A DNA stretch of 64,000 nt, taken from assembly GCA_025998755.1 (NCBI GenBank), contig AP024674.1, positions 1,936,162-2,000,161 on the forward strand. Direction: 5' to 3'. Source of the stretch: Armatimonadota bacterium (lineage in GTDB: Bacteria; Armatimonadota; UBA5829; DSUL01). Shown piece after piece: positions 39,967-50,668 of the stretch (within the stretch, counting starts at the first letter, position 1; every line of letters starts with the position of its first letter). The position numbers and the translations under genes are program-made. A model generated the notes under the pieces. The model saw only the letters and a program-made list of their open reading frames with translations. It ran no database searches and was not told the DNA's origin.

Positions 39967-40733
39967 CGGGCGGTTCGGATTTCAACCCCGCTGCCGCGGA
40001 GGCAAAGCCAAACTCCGCCGTCGCGTCCTGTATTGCAGACCGTTTCGGCCACACCTTCCAGGGAGCGTCTCAGGCCGTAGTCGGCCCACGTGGCACGGGA
40101 GCGTCCGCTGGAGAGAACGGCCACGGCGGGAGCCAGTCCTGGAGGAACGCCGGACGGCTCGCGGGAAGCCGCATAGCTGAGCGCCAGCGCATGCGGGCCA
40201 AATGTGGCCAGAAAGCGGCCGCAACCGGATGACAGGCGGTCCACCAGGGCCACCCTGACCTGTTTCCAGCGCACTGCCAGACACTCCACCTGTCCACCGG
40301 AGCCGTAAGCCTCCATCTCCAGGCCGTCCCGCAGCCGCATCTTCATCCCCGGCCTCAGGGGTTGCCAATCGGAGCCTGAAAGAAGCCCGGCCGGATCGCC
40401 GGCGCACAGAAGCGCCTCGGAGGGCATCTCTTCCAGAAGCTGCGCCACTCCGGAGGCTGCGTCCGGTTCCGTCCGGGTGAGGATGATCGCATCCAGCCGG
40501 TTGACTCCCAGCCGCGCCAGCGCCCGTAGCGCAGCGGTGCCCGGCCGGCTCCGCGGATCGGCGGACCCGCAGTTCACCACCACCGTGCTTCCGCTCGGAG
40601 TGTGGATAATCCAGCACTGTCCGGGGCCGGCGTCCAGGCACTCTAGAACCAGCCCTCCCCTCAAGGGAGCCGTGGCCCACGCCCACAGCCAGACCAGAAG
40701 AATGAAGATGATGACGAGAAATGGCAGCCTCAC
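39927..40733 (-). CDS. ComEC C-terminal-like metallo-beta-lactamase fold protein with a degenerate metal site
   Basis: LDAGPGQC.II.TPSG..VVVNCG, LGVNRLDAIILT, T..DG.V; HxHxDH replaced by RTEPDA. Confidence 0.7.
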   Translation of the reverse strand: MRLPFLVIIFILLVWLWAWATAPLRGGLVLECLDAGPGQCWIIHTPSGSTVVVNCGSADPRSRPGTAALRALARLGVNRLDAIILTRTEPDAASGVAQLLEEMPSEALLCAGDPAGLLSGSDWQPLRPGMKMRLRDGLEMEAYGSGGQVECLAVRWKQVRVALVDRLSSGCGRFLATFGPHALALSYAASREPSGVPPGLAPAVAVLSSGRSRATWADYGLRRSLEGVAETVCNTGRDGGVWLCLRGSGVEIRTARQARLHSPDIRTR

Positions 40734-42367
40734 CGGGAATGCTCCGGAGTCTTCGCCCTCTGACGAGTTCCTCGCGGGTCAGCCGTTTGCAGGAGCCACC
40801 AGACCGCTGCCATCAGGGCGTACCAACTCGCAATGGCGGGCAGGCCAGGCGTGGGCCAGTGAATTTCTGCCATCGGCAGACTTCCAAGAGCGTCCACCAC
40901 GGCGGCAGTGGCCGAAGCCAACCACTCCACTGTGCGCGAAAGCAGCCAACCTGCTCCCGGTATCCAGAACAGGAAAGCCAGAGCCACTCCCGCCGCGAAC
41001 AGCGTCTCCGCCAGCAACGCAACCGCCAGATTGGCGGGCAGGCTGACCAGGGAAACGCGGTTGAAATAGTAGGCCAGTATTGGCGCCGTCGCCAGCGTGG
41101 CCGCAACCGTCACCAGCGCCACATCGCGGAAGTGCTCCACAATGAATCTTCCCACCAGTGTGACTGGCGGAGTCTGACCGGAGGGGGAATCATCCCGGGC
41201 TTTCAGACGGGACAGAGAACTCAGCCGAGGTACGAAGGCGATGATGGATCCCACCGCTGCGAAGCTCAGTTGAAAGCCCACGTTGGCGATGGCCAGGGGA
41301 TCCAACAGCAGAATGATGAACACAGTGCCAAACAGCACGCTGACCATGTCGGCCGGCCTTCCAATAAGCAGGGCCATAAGATACAGCGTTGCGCCCACGC
41401 CCGCCCGCATGATGGACGGTTTGCCCCCCACCATGAGCACATAGAAGATCACCAGTGCGATGACCAGCAGCAGTGAGAACGCGCGAGGCGCTCCCAGCGG
41501 AAAGAGGAGCCACCGCCAGAAGATCAGCACGATGAGTCCGCAGTTGAAACCGGACGCCGCCAGCAGATGCAGAGTCCCGCTGCGGCGGAAATTCTCCAGC
41601 AGATCTTCCGGCACCATCGAGTAGCTGCCAAGCAGCATCCCGGAGACCAGCCCCGCTTCACGAGCAGGGAGCCGTTCCAGAAAAAGCCTGTTCAACCACC
41701 TCCTCGCTCGGAGGGCAGCGGCGACGGCCGGATTGCCCGCCCGCGATGTCAGGACCTTCACAGAGGCGGGCGCAGCACGGAGAACGCAGAAAATGCCCTG
41801 ACGGGCGAGATACGCCCGGTAAGAGAAACCTCCGGGCTCCCGGGGCCCGAAAGGCAAGACAAGTTGGCCGCCCACCCGCACCCTGCGGCCGTAGTCCGGC
41901 AGGGCGCTCTCCCGGCCTGCCGGAACCGGCAGCACCACCTGCACGGCTCCGTCCACCCGGCTTTCCTGCCGCTCGCTCCAGAGGCTTTCGGCCATAAGCA
42001 CGAACGTGGCGCGGCGGCGGGAGAGTTCGGGCTCCGAGGAGACCCACCCCTCCAACACCACTGTGCCTATCCGTCCGGCGTGCAGTGAAGGGTCTGCCGG
42101 GCCCGGTAACCGCACCGTGGCAGCTCTCCCGAACCCCAGCAGAGCCATGGCCGCCAGCAGGATGGTCCAGCCCTGATGCCCTCTTGCGAACGCAGCAACC
42201 GCGGCGACAGCCGCGATGCAACCCGCCACCGCAGCCGGGAACGGTGTGGCGGCGGACCAGAGCGAGAGCGCACATCCGCCTCCGTAGGCGAGCGCCACAG
42301 GCACAACGGGACGGCTTTTCAGGCTCTCCGGCAAAGGGATGTCTTCAGGTCCCTGTCTCCGGCCCAC
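40730..42367 (-). CDS. comEC: ComEC/Rec2 competence channel (DUF4131 + Competence domain)
   Basis: PGGFSYRAYL, F..SGTLHLLAASGFN, PSIMRA, GFQLSF, many TM helices. Confidence 0.92.
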   Translation of the reverse strand: MGRRQGPEDIPLPESLKSRPVVPVALAYGGGCALSLWSAATPFPAAVAGCIAAVAAVAAFARGHQGWTILLAAMALLGFGRAATVRLPGPADPSLHAGRIGTVVLEGWVSSEPELSRRRATFVLMAESLWSERQESRVDGAVQVVLPVPAGRESALPDYGRRVRVGGQLVLPFGPREPGGFSYRAYLARQGIFCVLRAAPASVKVLTSRAGNPAVAAALRARRWLNRLFLERLPAREAGLVSGMLLGSYSMVPEDLLENFRRSGTLHLLAASGFNCGLIVLIFWRWLLFPLGAPRAFSLLLVIALVIFYVLMVGGKPSIMRAGVGATLYLMALLIGRPADMVSVLFGTVFIILLLDPLAIANVGFQLSFAAVGSIIAFVPRLSSLSRLKARDDSPSGQTPPVTLVGRFIVEHFRDVALVTVAATLATAPILAYYFNRVSLVSLPANLAVALLAETLFAAGVALAFLFWIPGAGWLLSRTVEWLASATAAVVDALGSLPMAEIHWPTPGLPAIASWYALMAAVWWLLQTADPRGTRQRAKTPEHSR

Positions 42368-42403
42368 AGGAACCGATTCTGCGGGGACTTCACCCGGTCT
42401 TCC

Positions 42404-43222
42404 TCAGCGCCGGTACACCAAGGGGTTCAGCGGGCTGGCGGCAACATCGCCCGGTTTCTGACCCGGGAACCACGCCTCCATATCGGCCTGCCGGTTGGGA
42501 TTATCCGGGACGGAGATGACTCCTCCGTCGGCGAAATAGATGATGGTCATCACCTCCCGCATCCGCTCCGTCTGGTTCGGAGGCGCGCAGTGAAGCGTCC
42601 AGCCGCTGTGGAATGTGGCGTCGCCCGCGCGCATCGGCGAGGAAAACACCGGATAGGACTGCTCTTCCACGTGCCGACGGAACAACTCCTCGGACTCATC
42701 GGAAATGGGGATATGCCCCAGAAAACCTTCCCGATGCGACCCGCTGGCGAACGTCAGGGCACCCATTTCCACCGGGACATCCACCAGAGGCATCCACATC
42801 GTCACAGTGGGGACACCATCCAGCGGCCAATAGTACTGGTCCTGATGCCAGGGAGTGTGCCCTCCTCCCGGCTCCTTGAACAGCGCCTGGTCATGATATA
42901 GCCGGACTCCGTCCACACCCATCAGCTCCGCAGCGATCCTGGCGAACCGGCGCGCCAGAACGAAAGGCGCGACTCCGGCGTTTTTCTGCCATAAATTGGT
43001 GATCTGGAGGAACGCCTTGCCGTAGGTGTCGCGCTCCTCCAGGCTGCGCGTCTCGGTGGACAGGCTCCGGACGGCCTCAGCGATGACGGGGCGCCACTTC
43101 GCCGCATCGGCCTCGCTTAGCACTCCTCGGAGCAAAACGTGCCCATCGCGCCGGTATGAATGAATCTGCTCTTCCGTGAGCGGATAGTCTTGCTTCAGTT
43201 CTGGATACTGGTGATCTTTCAC
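42404..43222 (-). CDS. Phytanoyl-CoA dioxygenase (PhyH) family Fe/2-oxoglutarate enzyme
   Basis: KEPGG..TPWHQD, W.PL, GSH, AGDATFH...LH; GTG 43222 chosen as start. Confidence 0.9.
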   Translation of the reverse strand: MKDHQYPELKQDYPLTEEQIHSYRRDGHVLLRGVLSEADAAKWRPVIAEAVRSLSTETRSLEERDTYGKAFLQITNLWQKNAGVAPFVLARRFARIAAELMGVDGVRLYHDQALFKEPGGGHTPWHQDQYYWPLDGVPTVTMWMPLVDVPVEMGALTFASGSHREGFLGHIPISDESEELFRRHVEEQSYPVFSSPMRAGDATFHSGWTLHCAPPNQTERMREVMTIIYFADGGVISVPDNPNRQADMEAWFPGQKPGDVAASPLNPLVYRR

Positions 43223-43510
43223 TTCCGCCTGCTCCTTCCCCCGGCCGTGACCGCTTGGAACGCTGCCACTCACCGGTCCCGGTCCAAGTATAACCCGCCC
43301 GCCGCACGCATTCCAGAGGGGTGGACCGCAGTTTTGGAGGACCATACGCAGCCGGCGCGACTCAGGGCCGGCTGGAGGGTAGCCGTCGGTTGAGGAGTAC
43401 GGCCGCGCCGGACAACCCAGCCGCCGCCCCGCCTACAGGCTGTGAGGTGCGCGGAGCCATACTGACAGGGCGGCGAGGAGTGGGCTACAATCGGGAGTAG
43501 CGGATCAGCC

Positions 43511-45322
43511 ATGCCTCACTCCCAAGACCATATTCGCAACTTCTGCATTATCGCGCACATTGACCATGGCAAGTCCACCCTGGCCGACCGCATCCTTGAG
43601 GTGACGGAGGCCGTCTCGGAGCGCGAGAAGCGCGACCAGATGCTGGACACCATGGACCTTGAGCGCGAGCGCGGCATCACCATCAAGATGACCGCGGTTC
43701 GCCTGCTGTACAAAGCAGACGACGGCCAGACCTACACGCTGAATCTGATTGACACACCGGGGCACGTTGATTTCAGCTACGAGGTCTCGCGAAGCCTGAA
43801 CGCCTGCGAGGGAGCCATTCTGGTGGTGGATGCGGCGCAGGGTGTGGAGGCGCAGACCTTGGCGAACGTCAATCTGGCCATGGCCGCCAACCTCACCATC
43901 ATCCCGGTCATCAACAAAATCGACCTGGAGATGGCGGACCCCGAAAGGGTGAAAGAGGAGATCGAAAACGTGCTGGCCATTCCAGCCGAGGATGCGGTGC
44001 TGGCCAGCGCAAGACAGGGCATCGGTACGCGAGAGATCCTGGAGCGCGTGGTCCGCGAGGTGCCGCCTCCTTCCGGCGACCCGGACGCTCCCTTGCGGGC
44101 CCTGATCTTCGACTCCCATTACGACCAGTACCTGGGCGTGGTGGCCTACGTGCGGATTGTGGATGGGCGCCTGCGCCGGGGCGACCGGATCCGGATGATG
44201 TCCAGCAGCAAGGAGTTCGAGGTCACGGCCGTTGGATATTTCCGTCCGGAGATGCTGGAGGGTCCGGAGCTCTCCACCGGGGAGGTCGGGTGGGTGACCG
44301 CGTCCATGAAACAGGTGGGCGACGCCCGCGTGGGAGACACCATCACACTGGCCGGCAGCGCGGGAGCCCGGGAACCTCTGCCGGGATACAAGCGCGCGAA
44401 GCCCATGGTGTCCTGCGGACTGTACCCGATGAACAGCGAGGACTACCCGGACCTGCGTGAGGCTCTGGAGAAGCTGCAGCTGAACGACGCCTCGCTGAGC
44501 TGGGAGCCGGAGACCTCGGCAGCGCTGGGATTCGGATTCCGCTGCGGGTTCCTTGGCCTCCTGCATATGGACATCATCCAGGAGCGGCTGGAGCGGGAGT
44601 TCGGGCTGGACATCATCGCCACCGCCCCGGGTGTGGTTTACCGCGTCCACAAGACGGACGGGACGGTGGAAGAGGTGGACAATCCTTCCAAACTGCCGCC
44701 CGTGACGCAGATTGCGAAGATCGAGGAGCCATTCGTCACCGCAACCATCATTGTCCCGTCGGAGTATCTTGGGGGCGTGATGGAGCTCTGCCAGGATCGC
44801 CGGGGGACCTTCGAGCACATGGAGTACTCCGGCACCACCCGGGTCATTATCACCTACAAGCTGCCGCTGGCGGAGATCCTTATGGACTTCTACGATCAGC
44901 TCAAGAGCCGCACCCGCGGATATGCCTCTTTCGATTACGAGATGGCGGGCTTCCAGGAGTCCAAAGTGGTAAAGCTGGACATCCTGCTGAATGGCCAGCC
45001 GGTGGATGCGTTGTCGTTCATCACTCATCAGGACCGTGCCTACGCGCGAGGCCGGATGCTGGTGGACAAGCTGCGCGACATCCTGCCGCGCCAGCTGTTC
45101 GAGATCCGCGTGCAGGCGGCCATCGGGCAGAAGATCATCGCGGCCAGCAGCATCCGCCCCCTCCGGAAGAACGTCACGGCCAAATGCTACGGCGGCGACA
45201 TCACGCGAAAGCGTAAGCTGCTGGAGAAGCAGAAGGAGGGCAAGAAGAGGATGAAGCAGATCGGCTCCGTGGAAGTGCCGCAGGAGGCGTTCCTTTCCGT
45301 GCTGAAGCTGGGCGGCGACTGA
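43511..45322 (+). CDS. lepA: Elongation factor 4
   Basis: [64 protein letters not shown]. Confidence 0.99.
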   Translation: MPHSQDHIRNFCIIAHIDHGKSTLADRILEVTEAVSEREKRDQMLDTMDLERERGITIKMTAVRLLYKADDGQTYTLNLIDTPGHVDFSYEVSRSLNACEGAILVVDAAQGVEAQTLANVNLAMAANLTIIPVINKIDLEMADPERVKEEIENVLAIPAEDAVLASARQGIGTREILERVVREVPPPSGDPDAPLRALIFDSHYDQYLGVVAYVRIVDGRLRRGDRIRMMSSSKEFEVTAVGYFRPEMLEGPELSTGEVGWVTASMKQVGDARVGDTITLAGSAGAREPLPGYKRAKPMVSCGLYPMNSEDYPDLREALEKLQLNDASLSWEPETSAALGFGFRCGFLGLLHMDIIQERLEREFGLDIIATAPGVVYRVHKTDGTVEEVDNPSKLPPVTQIAKIEEPFVTATIIVPSEYLGGVMELCQDRRGTFEHMEYSGTTRVIITYKLPLAEILMDFYDQLKSRTRGYASFDYEMAGFQESKVVKLDILLNGQPVDALSFITHQDRAYARGRMLVDKLRDILPRQLFEIRVQAAIGQKIIAASSIRPLRKNVTAKCYGGDITRKRKLLEKQKEGKKRMKQIGSVEVPQEAFLSVLKLGGD

Positions 45323-45383
45323 TCGGCATTCTTGCCGCACCCTCCAGCCGGGAGCGGCGCCTGGACTCTGGAGCTCCGGACTG

Positions 45384-46328
45384 ATGACTCCTCCCCGCAA
45401 GGAAGCCAAGGCCGATGGCACCGAGGTCTGGCCTGCCTACCTGCGCCTTAGCGGCACAGGAGAGCTGGCGGAGCGCGCCCGGCGCGCCAGAGAACTGCAA
45501 AGCGAGTGCCGTCTGTGTCCGCGAGGGTGCCTTGCGGCCAGACTCTCCAGGGAGATGGGTATCTGCGCCACGCTAGACCAGGCGGTGGTAGCGAGCTATG
45601 GCCCTCATCACGGCGAGGAGTCGTGTCTGAGCGGATGGCGGGGAAGCGGAACAATCTTCTTTTCCGGCTGCTCACTGGGGTGTGTGTTCTGCCAGAACCA
45701 TGACATCAGCCAGCGCAGGTCCGGCGAACCCGTTAGCCCGGAGGAACTCGCGGAGATCATGCTGCAGCTCCAGGCGATGGGCTGTCACAACGTGAACCTG
45801 GTCACCCCCACCCACGTTGTGCCCCAGATCCTGGAGGCGCTGGAGTTGGCCGCCGCAAACGGTCTGCGTCTGCCGCTCGTCTACAACACCTCCGGGTACG
45901 ATTCCATCGAGACGCTGCAGATGCTGGACGGGGTGGTGGACATCTACATGCCGGACGTGAAATTCCTGGACCGCGAGCTGGCTTCGCGCTATCTTAACGC
46001 GCCGGACTATCCGGAGGTGGTCCGGGCAGCCGTTGGCGAGATGCACCGGCAGACAGGTCCTCTGACCTGCGACGATCGGGGGCTGGCGCGCAGAGGAGTT
46101 TTGGTGCGACATCTGGTGATGCCGGGCTGCCTGGAGGACACAAAGCGGGTGCTGCGCTTCCTTGCGTCAGAGATCTCTGCGCGCACGTATGTGAACGTGA
46201 TGGCTCAGTACCGCCCCGAGCACCGCGTCTCCCTGGAGACCTTCCCGGAGATCGCCAGACCGCTGTCCCCGGAAGAATATCAGGAAGCGATCCTGACCGC
46301 CCGCGGGCTGGGCCTGCGTCTGGACTGA
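45384..46328 (+). CDS. Radical SAM protein, PflX family
   Basis: CRLCPRGC, HHGEE, GSGTIFFSGCSLGCVFCQN, NLVTPTH, VRHLVMPG, MAQYRP. Confidence 0.92.
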   Translation: MTPPRKEAKADGTEVWPAYLRLSGTGELAERARRARELQSECRLCPRGCLAARLSREMGICATLDQAVVASYGPHHGEESCLSGWRGSGTIFFSGCSLGCVFCQNHDISQRRSGEPVSPEELAEIMLQLQAMGCHNVNLVTPTHVVPQILEALELAAANGLRLPLVYNTSGYDSIETLQMLDGVVDIYMPDVKFLDRELASRYLNAPDYPEVVRAAVGEMHRQTGPLTCDDRGLARRGVLVRHLVMPGCLEDTKRVLRFLASEISARTYVNVMAQYRPEHRVSLETFPEIARPLSPEEYQEAILTARGLGLRLD

Positions 46329-46361
46329 ATAGATCTTTTGCTCCTCAGACCGGGTCTTTAT

Positions 46362-47104
46362 CTACCCTAGAACCAACCGCAAGGCTGCAACCGCCGCCAG
46401 CACCAGCACCGCGTTATCGAATACTTTCTGCGGGATGCGCGGCAAAAGCCACCGGCCCGCCACCGCTCCCACGGCAATCATCGGGGCGACCAGCAGATTG
46501 AACGTCAGCGATGATGCGCTGAACATCGGGTGCCGGGGGTCTGCGGCGGTCAGGGCGGCGAAGATGGGCACCTTGATGAGATTGAAGATGAAGAAATACC
46601 AGGCGAACGAGCCCATGAACTCGGACTTGTCGAGTCCGGCGCTCAGGAAGTAGAGGCTCATCACCGGCCCCGCGGCGTTGGAGACCGCGGTGGCGAATCC
46701 GGCCGCAACTCCGGTGAGGGCCGATCCCGCACGCGAGTGCGGCACGAGCTTCTCGCCCCATCGTCCTCGTGCCAGACTGAGCGCCAGCATCACCAGCACC
46801 AGCACGCCGATCAGGACGCCCAGACGGTCGCGCGAACCTTCCGCAGGTCCCAGCATCTGCAGCGTGGCTGCGCCCAGAGCCTGTCCCATCGGGCATGGCG
46901 CCGGTACCACGCCACCGCGAAACAGTCCGCGAAGATGAGCATCGGCAGCAGGGTGCCCACAGACTGCCGTCCACCGAAGAGCGCAGCCATCAGAGGAACG
47001 ACCAGAATCCCGGTTCCGGGAACCCCGGTTTTCGAGAAACCCACCAGCGCCGCAGACGCGAGCGCCAGCGCCCACTCCAGAGGCGTCAACGAGGGTATCA
47101 GCAT
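46362..47104 (-). pseudogene. Frameshifted TauE/SafE (TSUP) family transporter
   Basis: N-half (VGFSKTGVPG...LLPMLIFAD...YRRHARWDRLW) and C-half (ALGAATL...NAAGPVMSLY...NLIKVP) lie in different frames, joined at GGCTCTGGG (46873-46881). Confidence 0.8.
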
Positions 47105-47143
47105 CGCAGCTTGCTCCTGCTCCCGAGGCTCTCAAGATTCGCG

Positions 47144-47175
47144 AAAAAGGAGCCGGATGCGCAGATCCGGCTCCT
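47144..47175 (-). terminator. Rho-independent terminator of the PEP-CTERM gene
   Basis: GGAGCCGGAT / ATCCGGCTCC stem followed by TTTTT on the minus strand. Confidence 0.8.
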
Positions 47176-47198
47176 GCAGCGTTGGAATCGTCCGCCCA

Positions 47199-47954
47199 CT
47201 AGGCCGGCTTCGTCCGTCTTCTGCAGAGCAGTGTGGCCACACCCGCCATCAGCGCCGTCAAGGAGCCGGGCTCCGGAATGACGGTATACTGGATGGTGAG
47301 ATAGGGCCTGTAGTCAATACCGCCTTCGCGGGTGTTGAAGCTGACTCCTTCTCCGGCCACCCCGTCGTGCGAGGTGGCGCGCAGGAGCCAACCGTTGTTA
47401 GCCGTTCCCTGATACCATGCCTGCACGGACGCCGTCACGTCCCAGTGGTAGTAGCGGTTCACCTGGGAATCCTTGGTGAACAGCACCGGGGTGCCATCGT
47501 GGGTCTGGCTCCGATCGCCCCATTGCCACCCCTCGCAACCGGGAGAAGACCAGTAAGATGTCCCCCGGAAGCGGTTCCAGGTGGCCTCGGTCTCAACCCA
47601 GGGCCGGTATTGCCCCACGCGGAAGGGAGCAACATAGAGGTAATCGTTGGAGTCCATGTCCACCACCTGATAGCACCACAGCGACAGCGTGGCGCTGTGG
47701 ATGATGGACGTCGGCGGGATCCTCCCCGTCAGGTCGAAGCGGATCAGTCCACTGCGCCGGGGGGCATCGTTATACATGTAGACGTGCATGTACCAAGGAG
47801 TGCCGTAGTTGGTGTCCGGCGACTGGCTGTCAATGTAGGCGTCCGTGGTCCCCGAATACCCGCCGACTCCCTGTTTCAGCACCAGGGTGTCGGCAGCCAC
47901 CGGCAGGGCGCATAGGACGATCAGAAGCACCACCGTTGCGGCAAGCTTCTTCAT
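47199..47954 (-). CDS. Secreted DNRLRE (CBM96-like) domain protein with a PEP-CTERM sorting signal
   Basis: Signal peptide; DAYI....PDTNYG, LIRFDL, SATLSL, ATW, WDVT..VQAW, NNGWLL, RPYL; IPEPGSL-TM-RRR. Confidence 0.9.
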   Translation of the reverse strand: MKKLAATVVLLIVLCALPVAADTLVLKQGVGGYSGTTDAYIDSQSPDTNYGTPWYMHVYMYNDAPRRSGLIRFDLTGRIPPTSIIHSATLSLWCYQVVDMDSNDYLYVAPFRVGQYRPWVETEATWNRFRGTSYWSSPGCEGWQWGDRSQTHDGTPVLFTKDSQVNRYYHWDVTASVQAWYQGTANNGWLLRATSHDGVAGEGVSFNTREGGIDYRPYLTIQYTVIPEPGSLTALMAGVATLLCRRRTKPA

Positions 47955-48188
47955 CCCTGGATGTAACCCTCCTTATCGCAAAGCACTCCCGCGGACTCAA
48001 GCGACCGGAGGCGATCGGTAGAGCATGAGCCCGCCTCCCTCATTATAAGGGTAAGGATGTTCATCAGGCCTGTCAATAGGCCTGACTTCGCCGCAACACG
48101 TGGCGTTCCACGATCCCCCGAGATGCAAGAAGGGCGGGAGTCCTCCTGTCACTTGCGCCCCGCGTTCATCTAGAGATTGCAGAAGCGG

Positions 48189-49310
48189 TCAGCGCCGCTG
48201 GAACTGCGGGATCTGCAGCTTCTCACCGTTCCGGAGCGAACTCTGGTGCGCGATGATCCCGGGAGCCGTATATGCCACCGCTTCGTAGACATCGATGGCC
48301 GGCTGCCGGCCGTGGACAAGGGCGTCCACGAACTCGTGCGTCAGGAAAGCGTGCGAGCCGTCGTGGCCAGTGTTCACCCGAAGCGGCTCAGGCAGCATCT
48401 CCGTCTTCCACCAAGCGACCGGCTCATACTGCTCGAAGACAGGGAGCGTCCGGACGAACCCGGCGTCGTCGGTCTCCTGCGTCTCCGTGCTGCGGACGAT
48501 GACCGGCCCAAGACCGTTGGGGTGCTCCATAAAGAAGCTCATCTTCGTCCCGTACCACTGGGCTCGCTCGGTTCCGCGGTGAGCTCCCTGCCAGAAGATA
48601 CAGACCCGGAAGGTATGACCGAGGTCGGTCCTGAACAGGGCGGTCTGGTTCCAGAACGGGTTTCCGTAGTCGTTGTCCTTGAGCTCCGGACGGTCATCTC
48701 CCCAGCCGTAGCAGGTGACCTCTGTCAGACGCTCACCGGTCAGGCCCACCAGGAATGCAGTGCAGTGGGTAGGATAGTGCATGGGCGGGAAGGCGTAGCG
48801 CCACGATCGCGAACCGTCCGGGTTGGCGAAAAGCGGCTCCAGTCCCGCGTGATGATACTCGGCCTCCGTGTAGAAGATCTCTCCGAACCTTCCCTCCTGC
48901 CACCACTGTCGCGCGCTGATCATGGTCTGCCTGTAGTAGCTGGTCTCACCCATCATGTAGGTGAGGCCGGTCTTTTCCACCGTGTCCACCAGCTCCTGGC
49001 ACTCCTCGATGGACATAGCGGCCGGTACCGCGCACCAGACATGCTTCCCGGCCTTCAGCGCGGCAATGGATTGCCGTGCGTGCCACGGGGCGCCCGAGCA
49101 AATGGCCACGGCGTCCACATCCGGATCGGCGATCAACTGGTCGAAGTCTGTATAGGCTTTGGCGCAGGAGTATGTCTCCTGCAGCGCCCTGCGCCGCTCC
49201 GGCAGAGCATCGCAAACCGCCTCCACAGTGCTGTGAGGATGCAGATGCCATTGGAACGACGTGCCGAAGCCGCCGCCCAGAACCCCCATCCGGACCCTGC
49301 CTGATTTCAT
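48189..49310 (-). CDS. Gfo/Idh/MocA family oxidoreductase
   Basis: GVLGGGFG, DPDVDAV, AGKHVWCAVP, YMMGET, YPTH, GHDGSH. Confidence 0.9.
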   Translation of the reverse strand: MKSGRVRMGVLGGGFGTSFQWHLHPHSTVEAVCDALPERRRALQETYSCAKAYTDFDQLIADPDVDAVAICSGAPWHARQSIAALKAGKHVWCAVPAAMSIEECQELVDTVEKTGLTYMMGETSYYRQTMISARQWWQEGRFGEIFYTEAEYHHAGLEPLFANPDGSRSWRYAFPPMHYPTHCTAFLVGLTGERLTEVTCYGWGDDRPELKDNDYGNPFWNQTALFRTDLGHTFRVCIFWQGAHRGTERAQWYGTKMSFFMEHPNGLGPVIVRSTETQETDDAGFVRTLPVFEQYEPVAWWKTEMLPEPLRVNTGHDGSHAFLTHEFVDALVHGRQPAIDVYEAVAYTAPGIIAHQSSLRNGEKLQIPQFQRR

Positions 49311-49343
49311 CTTCTCACTATCCCTTCTATCGGGCGGGAGGGG

Positions 49344-49643
49344 CTACAAGAAATCGTACACCCGCACCCGGTCCCAGTGTTGACTGAATCGCCGGACGAA
49401 CTCCTGATGTAGGGGATCCTCCTGATAGGCGTCGTGACCCTCTCGGCCGTCGAAGATCACACAGAGGCCTACATCGAAGCTGGAGTCCACAATATTGCGG
49501 GACGACTCCACTGCCGTGCCCGCCCAGATGTGGCGAACGGAGGCGATCTTTCCGAGCGACTCCAGAGCGTCCCGGATCATCGCGCGCCGCACCTCCTCGC
49601 CGCATCCCTCTTTCAGCCAGAACAGAACCGTGTGGACAAACAT
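49344..49643 (-). CDS. Dabb-family stress-responsive A/B barrel protein
   Basis: HTVLFWLK...YQEDPLHQEF...VYDF. Confidence 0.88.
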   Translation of the reverse strand: MFVHTVLFWLKEGCGEEVRRAMIRDALESLGKIASVRHIWAGTAVESSRNIVDSSFDVGLCVIFDGREGHDAYQEDPLHQEFVRRFSQHWDRVRVYDFL

Positions 49644-49780
49644 CAGGCGGCTCTTCCTCCTTTCCCGTCAATTCCATCGCCGACGCTACCTTTAGCCGGA
49701 ACGGTTGAGTCATCCTGCGGAAAGGCTGGATCGTGGACGGTGCGTCTGTAACGCGGCGCAGAGGCTCACAGCGTTACTCC

Positions 49781-50494
49781 TCAGGGCAGCACAGAAGGGC
49801 CGCGGAACAGCAACTCGTCCGTTCCCGGCCATTTCCCGGTGTTCCAGTCCAGCCCTCCGGGCACGGTGCCGACGCGCCCGTCCAGGAACGTCACATTCGC
49901 CTTGCCATCGTGCCGGTTCGTGGTGGTGTCCGTGAACACGAACGCAGGATCGTTCAGGGGAGTCGGGCCGTCGTCGAGTCGCTTGGCCTCATCCACCAGA
50001 AGGATGGTGCGGGAGGGATTCGGATACAGGGAGATGGGGATTCCATCGAACTCGGCCCGCATGACCAGCGAGTTGTCATAGTAGCCCCTTGCGCCCACCC
50101 ACGTGCAGTATGCATTGATGGAGTAGCTCCAGGGAGGCGGCTGCTGCTTTTCCACCCTGGTCAGGGAAGGGCACTGGTCAATGGCGCGCGCCTTGGTGTA
50201 GGCGATAATGCCGTTCGGAGTGGGCTCCCAGGTCCCGGTGCGGTTGGTGAAATAGGCCTGAAACGGAGGGATCCTGTTGGAGTTGTCGTCGGAGTACATC
50301 AGGAAAGCGAGTCCCAGTTGCTTCATATTGTTGATGCACGCGGTCTGACGCGCGCGCACCCGGGCGCGGGCGAACACGGGGATCAGGATGGCGGCCAGAA
50401 TCGCGATGATGGCGATGACCACCAGGAGTTCGATCAGGGTGAAGCCCGAAGTTCGGACGCGCCGCAGACGCGGCATGCAGGAAATTCGTCGCAT
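49781..50494 (-). CDS. Prepilin-type N-terminal cleavage / DUF1559 / H-X9-DG protein
   Basis: [50 protein letters not shown]. Confidence 0.93.
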   Translation of the reverse strand: MRRISCMPRLRRVRTSGFTLIELLVVIAIIAILAAILIPVFARARVRARQTACINNMKQLGLAFLMYSDDNSNRIPPFQAYFTNRTGTWEPTPNGIIAYTKARAIDQCPSLTRVEKQQPPPWSYSINAYCTWVGARGYYDNSLVMRAEFDGIPISLYPNPSRTILLVDEAKRLDDGPTPLNDPAFVFTDTTTNRHDGKANVTFLDGRVGTVPGGLDWNTGKWPGTDELLFRGPSVLP

Positions 50495-50668
50495 GGCAGT
50501 CTCCGTTGCGGAACGCGCAGGAAAGAGGGTTCGCAGGCTCGGATTCCCGCGCGGCAGATTTCCATCATTCTACAACATTCCGCAAGAGTCTGCAATCACC
50601 ACGCCCTCTCTCATGTACAGGGGGAACCAGGGCAGTTCGCCGCGCCGTTTCCCAACATTGGAGAGGTT

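Noticed and set aside
43505..45421. 638-aa antisense ORF over lepA (likewise 13969-15054 over tuf, 19498-21084 over the aminotransferase and many others)
   Set aside because: Shadow frames expected from codon bias in GC-rich DNA; no motifs, and the opposite strand carries a recognisable gene.
49733..50668. Apparent 654-aa ORF giving the exonuclease a long N-terminal extension
   Set aside because: The extension is the antisense of the DUF1559 gene; ATG 50669 has an RBS and matches the family N-terminus.
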